In this document: positions 60,831-64,000 of the stretch, one piece after another | How positions within the stretch are numbered: the stretch's first letter is position 1 | Layout: every line of letters starts with the position of its first letter | Notes under the pieces: model-generated | Databases searched by the model: none | What the model saw: the letters and a program-made list of their open reading frames with translations, nothing else | Told to the model about the DNA's origin: nothing | Position numbers and translations under genes: made by a program | Origin: an uncultured delta proteobacterium | GTDB lineage: Bacteria > Desulfobacterota > Binatia > UBA9968 | Direction: 5' to 3' | Assembly (NCBI GenBank): GCA_963728565.1 | Contig: CAVSLC010000013.1 | Span: 416,001 to 480,000 of the forward strand | DNA length: 64,000 nt

Positions 60831-61472
60831 GTGAAAATTCTTAAACTGTCGTACGTGCTCGCATTTGCGCTTTCATTTAATGGATCTTACGCAAGCGCCC
60901 AGGACCAGCAGCCGGGGTCCAAGGCGCCGAAGAGCCAAGGCACGACCGCGGAGAAGCAGCTTCGCTCGCCCGATGTCGTTTACGTTCCCACACCCGCTGA
61001 AACCGTGGACGCGATGCTCAAAGTTGCCAAGGTCGGCAAGGAGGACATAGTCTATGATTTAGGTTCGGGGGACGGGCGTATCCCGATCATGGCGGTGCAG
61101 AAGTACAATGCGGCGCGCGCCGTCGGCATCGATATCAATCCCGACCGCATCAAGGAAGCTCAGGCAAATCACAAGGCCGCCGGCGTCGGCGACCGCGTAC
61201 GTTTCCTCAACGAGGACTTGTTCCAAGCGGATATCAGCGAGGCAACCGTCGTCACGCTCTACTTACTGCCTAGCCTCAATCTAAAATTGCTGCCAAAACT
61301 GTTATCTGAACTAAAGCCGGGGACCCGTATTGTCTCGCACGCTTTCGACATGGGCAGTTGGAAACCCCAGCAGACATTGAACGCCGGAGGGAGCACGGTC
61401 TATTTCTGGACGATTCCAGCCAAGGGAACGCCCGAATACGAAGCGGCATCTACCGCGGCAAGCAAGACCTGA
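60831..61472 (+). CDS. Class I SAM-dependent methyltransferase with signal peptide
   Basis: GTG start after AGGAGG; PDVVYVPTP..VDAML, YDLGSGDGRI, ATVVTLYLL, LKPGTRIVSH; paralogue of 45657-46226. Confidence 0.88.
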   Translation: MKILKLSYVLAFALSFNGSYASAQDQQPGSKAPKSQGTTAEKQLRSPDVVYVPTPAETVDAMLKVAKVGKEDIVYDLGSGDGRIPIMAVQKYNAARAVGIDINPDRIKEAQANHKAAGVGDRVRFLNEDLFQADISEATVVTLYLLPSLNLKLLPKLLSELKPGTRIVSHAFDMGSWKPQQTLNAGGSTVYFWTIPAKGTPEYEAASTAASKT

Positions 61473-62309
61473 TAGCGACTGCTGCGCTATGGCTGAGAGG
61501 CGTGGTTTGAAAAACCGTGTCTTTCGCCCTAGCGGCATTTTCTTATCGTTCGGACGCTTTGACGCTTTATGGACTCACCGCTTTTTTCTCTGACTCACGC
61601 TCCAGCGGCTCTTTCATCAAAAAAATCTTTGAGGCTCATGCTGACCTCGTGCTGCACTATCCGCGACCAGCAGATAAAATGTATAACATCGAACTGAGAT
61701 TGCTCGTTGGTGCGCCGTAGGGAGCCGCTGAGTTAGAGGAGTGGGATCTTTGACGTCCGTTTATCTGAAGATGTTGGCGCCAGTGCTTTGGGTTTCGAGA
61801 TTTAATTCCATGATCGTCTTAGAATGAGTCAATTCATTTTTGCGTGCTGGCTGTATGCTATCGCTTAATCCCTGTCCGCTCGCCTGAGGCACTTTCTGCG
61901 CTAACGCCGATCACCTTCGTGCCCTTAAGAATGATTACCGGTCCGACCCCGCCCAAGTTGGCATATGTTGTCAATGATTGACAATAATTGTTTGTGCGTG
62001 CAAGATTAGGGAGGAACAAATACTGGTTGGGCCCGTCGGCTCTCGTTTGTCAGTGACGATTCTCACGCGCGCTCCGGTCTAGGAAACGCCCGCAACACGA
62101 TCCGGTATGCCTACGTCGCCTCTTACTAATATAGAAACTTGTAACCCAAAAAAAAGCGAAGGATGATACAGCTCTCGGTTCCTGTCGACCCCGCTCCCAC
62201 TTAGAAGAAGTCTCATACCCGCCCGCTAGCTTCAAAGGCGTCCATTCTCGAATACCCGTAGAGCCAAACTCTTGAGAGTTCGTTCTGTGTATTTTGCGCA
62301 GCAGTAGCC

Positions 62310-64000
62310 ATGGAAAAGCGTCAGATCAAAACTGAGAAGGTTAGAGTAGTCGGTATCGGTGCATCTGCGGGTGGCCTCGATGCGTTAAAGGATTTCTTTC
62401 GCGCCATGCCTCGCGATACGGGTATGGCGTTCGTAGTAATCCAGCATCTGGATCCACATCAGGTAAGTCATTTGCCGAGCGTGTTAGCGAAGTACACGAA
62501 AATGACAGTGGTCCATGCCAAAGATCGCGTTGTCGTCGAGGCCAACTGTGTTTATACAATTCCTCCGAATAAATTTTTATCGATACGGAACGACAAGCTA
62601 CAGCTCTCCGAGACCTTTAAGAGTAACAGCTTACGGCTACCGATTGATTTTTTCTTCCACTCACTTGCACAGGAGCATCATGACAAGGCGATAGCGGTGC
62701 TTCTCTCCGGTGGCGGCTCCGATGGCAGCGTTGGAATTCGGGAGATTCGCAGCGAAGGCGGCATCGTTATGGTCCAGGACCCGACCACCGCACAATTCGA
62801 CCTTATGATCCGCAGCGCGCTTGCCACAGGATTGGTCGATGGCGTAATGCCGGTACCGCAAATACCCGCAGCGATTCTCCAATGCGTCGCACAAGAGTCG
62901 CACGGCGATGAGAATCTTGACCCTGAGGGTGTGCAGAACGAAGTTCAATCGATCCTCACGCTGTTCGATCAGGAGAACAAAGGCTACTTTAAATCTTATA
63001 AGAAAACGATGCTCTGGCGGCGCATCCGCCGCCGTATGGGGCTCAATCAGTTGAGTAGCTTGTCAGGATATATCTCCTTCCTTCGCACCAATCCAGACGA
63101 GCAATTGCGGCTCTCAAAGGACATGTTGATCGGCGTCACGACCTTCTTCCGCGATCATGAAGCATTCGAAACCCTCAAGGAGCGGGCTATTTTGCCGTTG
63201 CTTCAGGGCGAACAAAGCGGCGATTCACTGCGCGCGTGGATTGTCGGTTGTTCAACGGGAGAAGAGGCTTACTCGATCGTAATATTATTTATGGAGGAAA
63301 TGAGTCGGATTAAAAAAACGATTCCTCTTCGCATCATCGCGTCGGACCTCGACAACGAGAGCTTAAAGTTTGCTCGGGCAGCAATTTATCCAGACAGCAT
63401 CACAAGCCATGTCTCGGCGGAGCGGCTCGAGCGTTTCTTCATGAAGAAAGATCATTCCTATCAAGTTAACAAGGAAGTCCGGGACTGCATCACATTTGCG
63501 CCGCACAATATACTTGTCGATCCGGCATTTCTAAAAATGGACTTGATCAGTTGCCGCAATCTTTTGATTTACATCGAACCGGAAATTCAACAGAGACTTC
63601 TTGGTCAATTCGCATACTCGCTAAATCTCGGTGGATATCTTTTTCTTGGCAAGGCCGATACCAGTGTCGATCAAGAGAGATCTTTCGAGGCGGCGTCGAG
63701 AACTGCGCGTATTTACCGCCGCACCAGGACGGCTGCGATGCCTGTGTCAAACTTGCCGTTGCGTACTGCGATGCCGCCAAAGCAACGGGCGACAACCGAA
63801 AAAACACTGTCCTTTAGGCTATCAGACGTTAACCGGGACGTAGTCTTAAAGCACTTCAAAGCCGCAGTGGTTCTCGTCGATGAGCAGGGCGTGATCTCGC
63901 ACTTCTATGGTTCGACCAATAAATACTTGCAGCATCTGAGTGGCATCGCGACGTTAAGCCTCTTTGAAATGGTCGAGCGGCATTCGTTTAGACTTCGCTT
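62310..64000 (+). CDS. CheB methylesterase-CheR methyltransferase fusion (partial; runs off the window)
   Basis: Absent from the ORF track because it has no stop. Manual translation in one frame: VVGIGASAGG, IQHLDP, LSGGGSDG, VQDP, GVTTFFRD, GCSTGEEAYS, DLISCRNLLIY, then a possible PAS-like region. Confidence 0.9.
   Translation, partial: MEKRQIKTEKVRVVGIGASAGGLDALKDFFRAMPRDTGMAFVVIQHLDPHQVSHLPSVLAKYTKMTVVHAKDRVVVEANCVYTIPPNKFLSIRNDKLQLSETFKSNSLRLPIDFFFHSLAQEHHDKAIAVLLSGGGSDGSVGIREIRSEGGIVMVQDPTTAQFDLMIRSALATGLVDGVMPVPQIPAAILQCVAQESHGDENLDPEGVQNEVQSILTLFDQENKGYFKSYKKTMLWRRIRRRMGLNQLSSLSGYISFLRTNPDEQLRLSKDMLIGVTTFFRDHEAFETLKERAILPLLQGEQSGDSLRAWIVGCSTGEEAYSIVILFMEEMSRIKKTIPLRIIASDLDNESLKFARAAIYPDSITSHVSAERLERFFMKKDHSYQVNKEVRDCITFAPHNILVDPAFLKMDLISCRNLLIYIEPEIQQRLLGQFAYSLNLGGYLFLGKADTSVDQERSFEAASRTARIYRRTRTAAMPVSNLPLRTAMPPKQRATTEKTLSFRLSDVNRDVVLKHFKAAVVLVDEQGVISHFYGSTNKYLQHLSGIATLSLFEMVERHSFRLR

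Overview
Bacterial chromosomal window of moderately high GC, with no rRNA, tRNA or CRISPR recognised. It is dominated by orphan periplasmic solute-binding proteins (3 TctC/Bug, 5 NitT/TauT, 3 Fe3+/polyamine-type) interspersed with catabolic enzymes (enolase-superfamily, amidohydrolases, LLM, alpha/beta hydrolases, aminotransferases, VOC, RidA, cupin). That gene content suggests a soil Candidatus Binatia-like organism (inference). It also carries ettA, an RND efflux operon, a vapBC module, three c-type cytochromes and a CheB-CheR fusion running off the right end. About 15 single-base frameshifts, mostly +1, split otherwise intact genes and are most likely long-read errors. Best leads: (1) a DUF2294/MpsC gene followed by a TTGACA promoter and a tandem riboswitch-like attenuator leader upstream of a lone ABC permease; (2) a three-gene ExeA-ATPase / output-less HAMP receptor / SBP-LysM operon that looks like an undescribed envelope signalling system; (3) four copies of a ~125-bp inverted-repeat miniature element at gene ends; (4) a monoheme cytochrome c with a contracted CXCH motif; (5) a low-GC HEPN-like gene. 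All calls come from reading the sequence; no database search was run.
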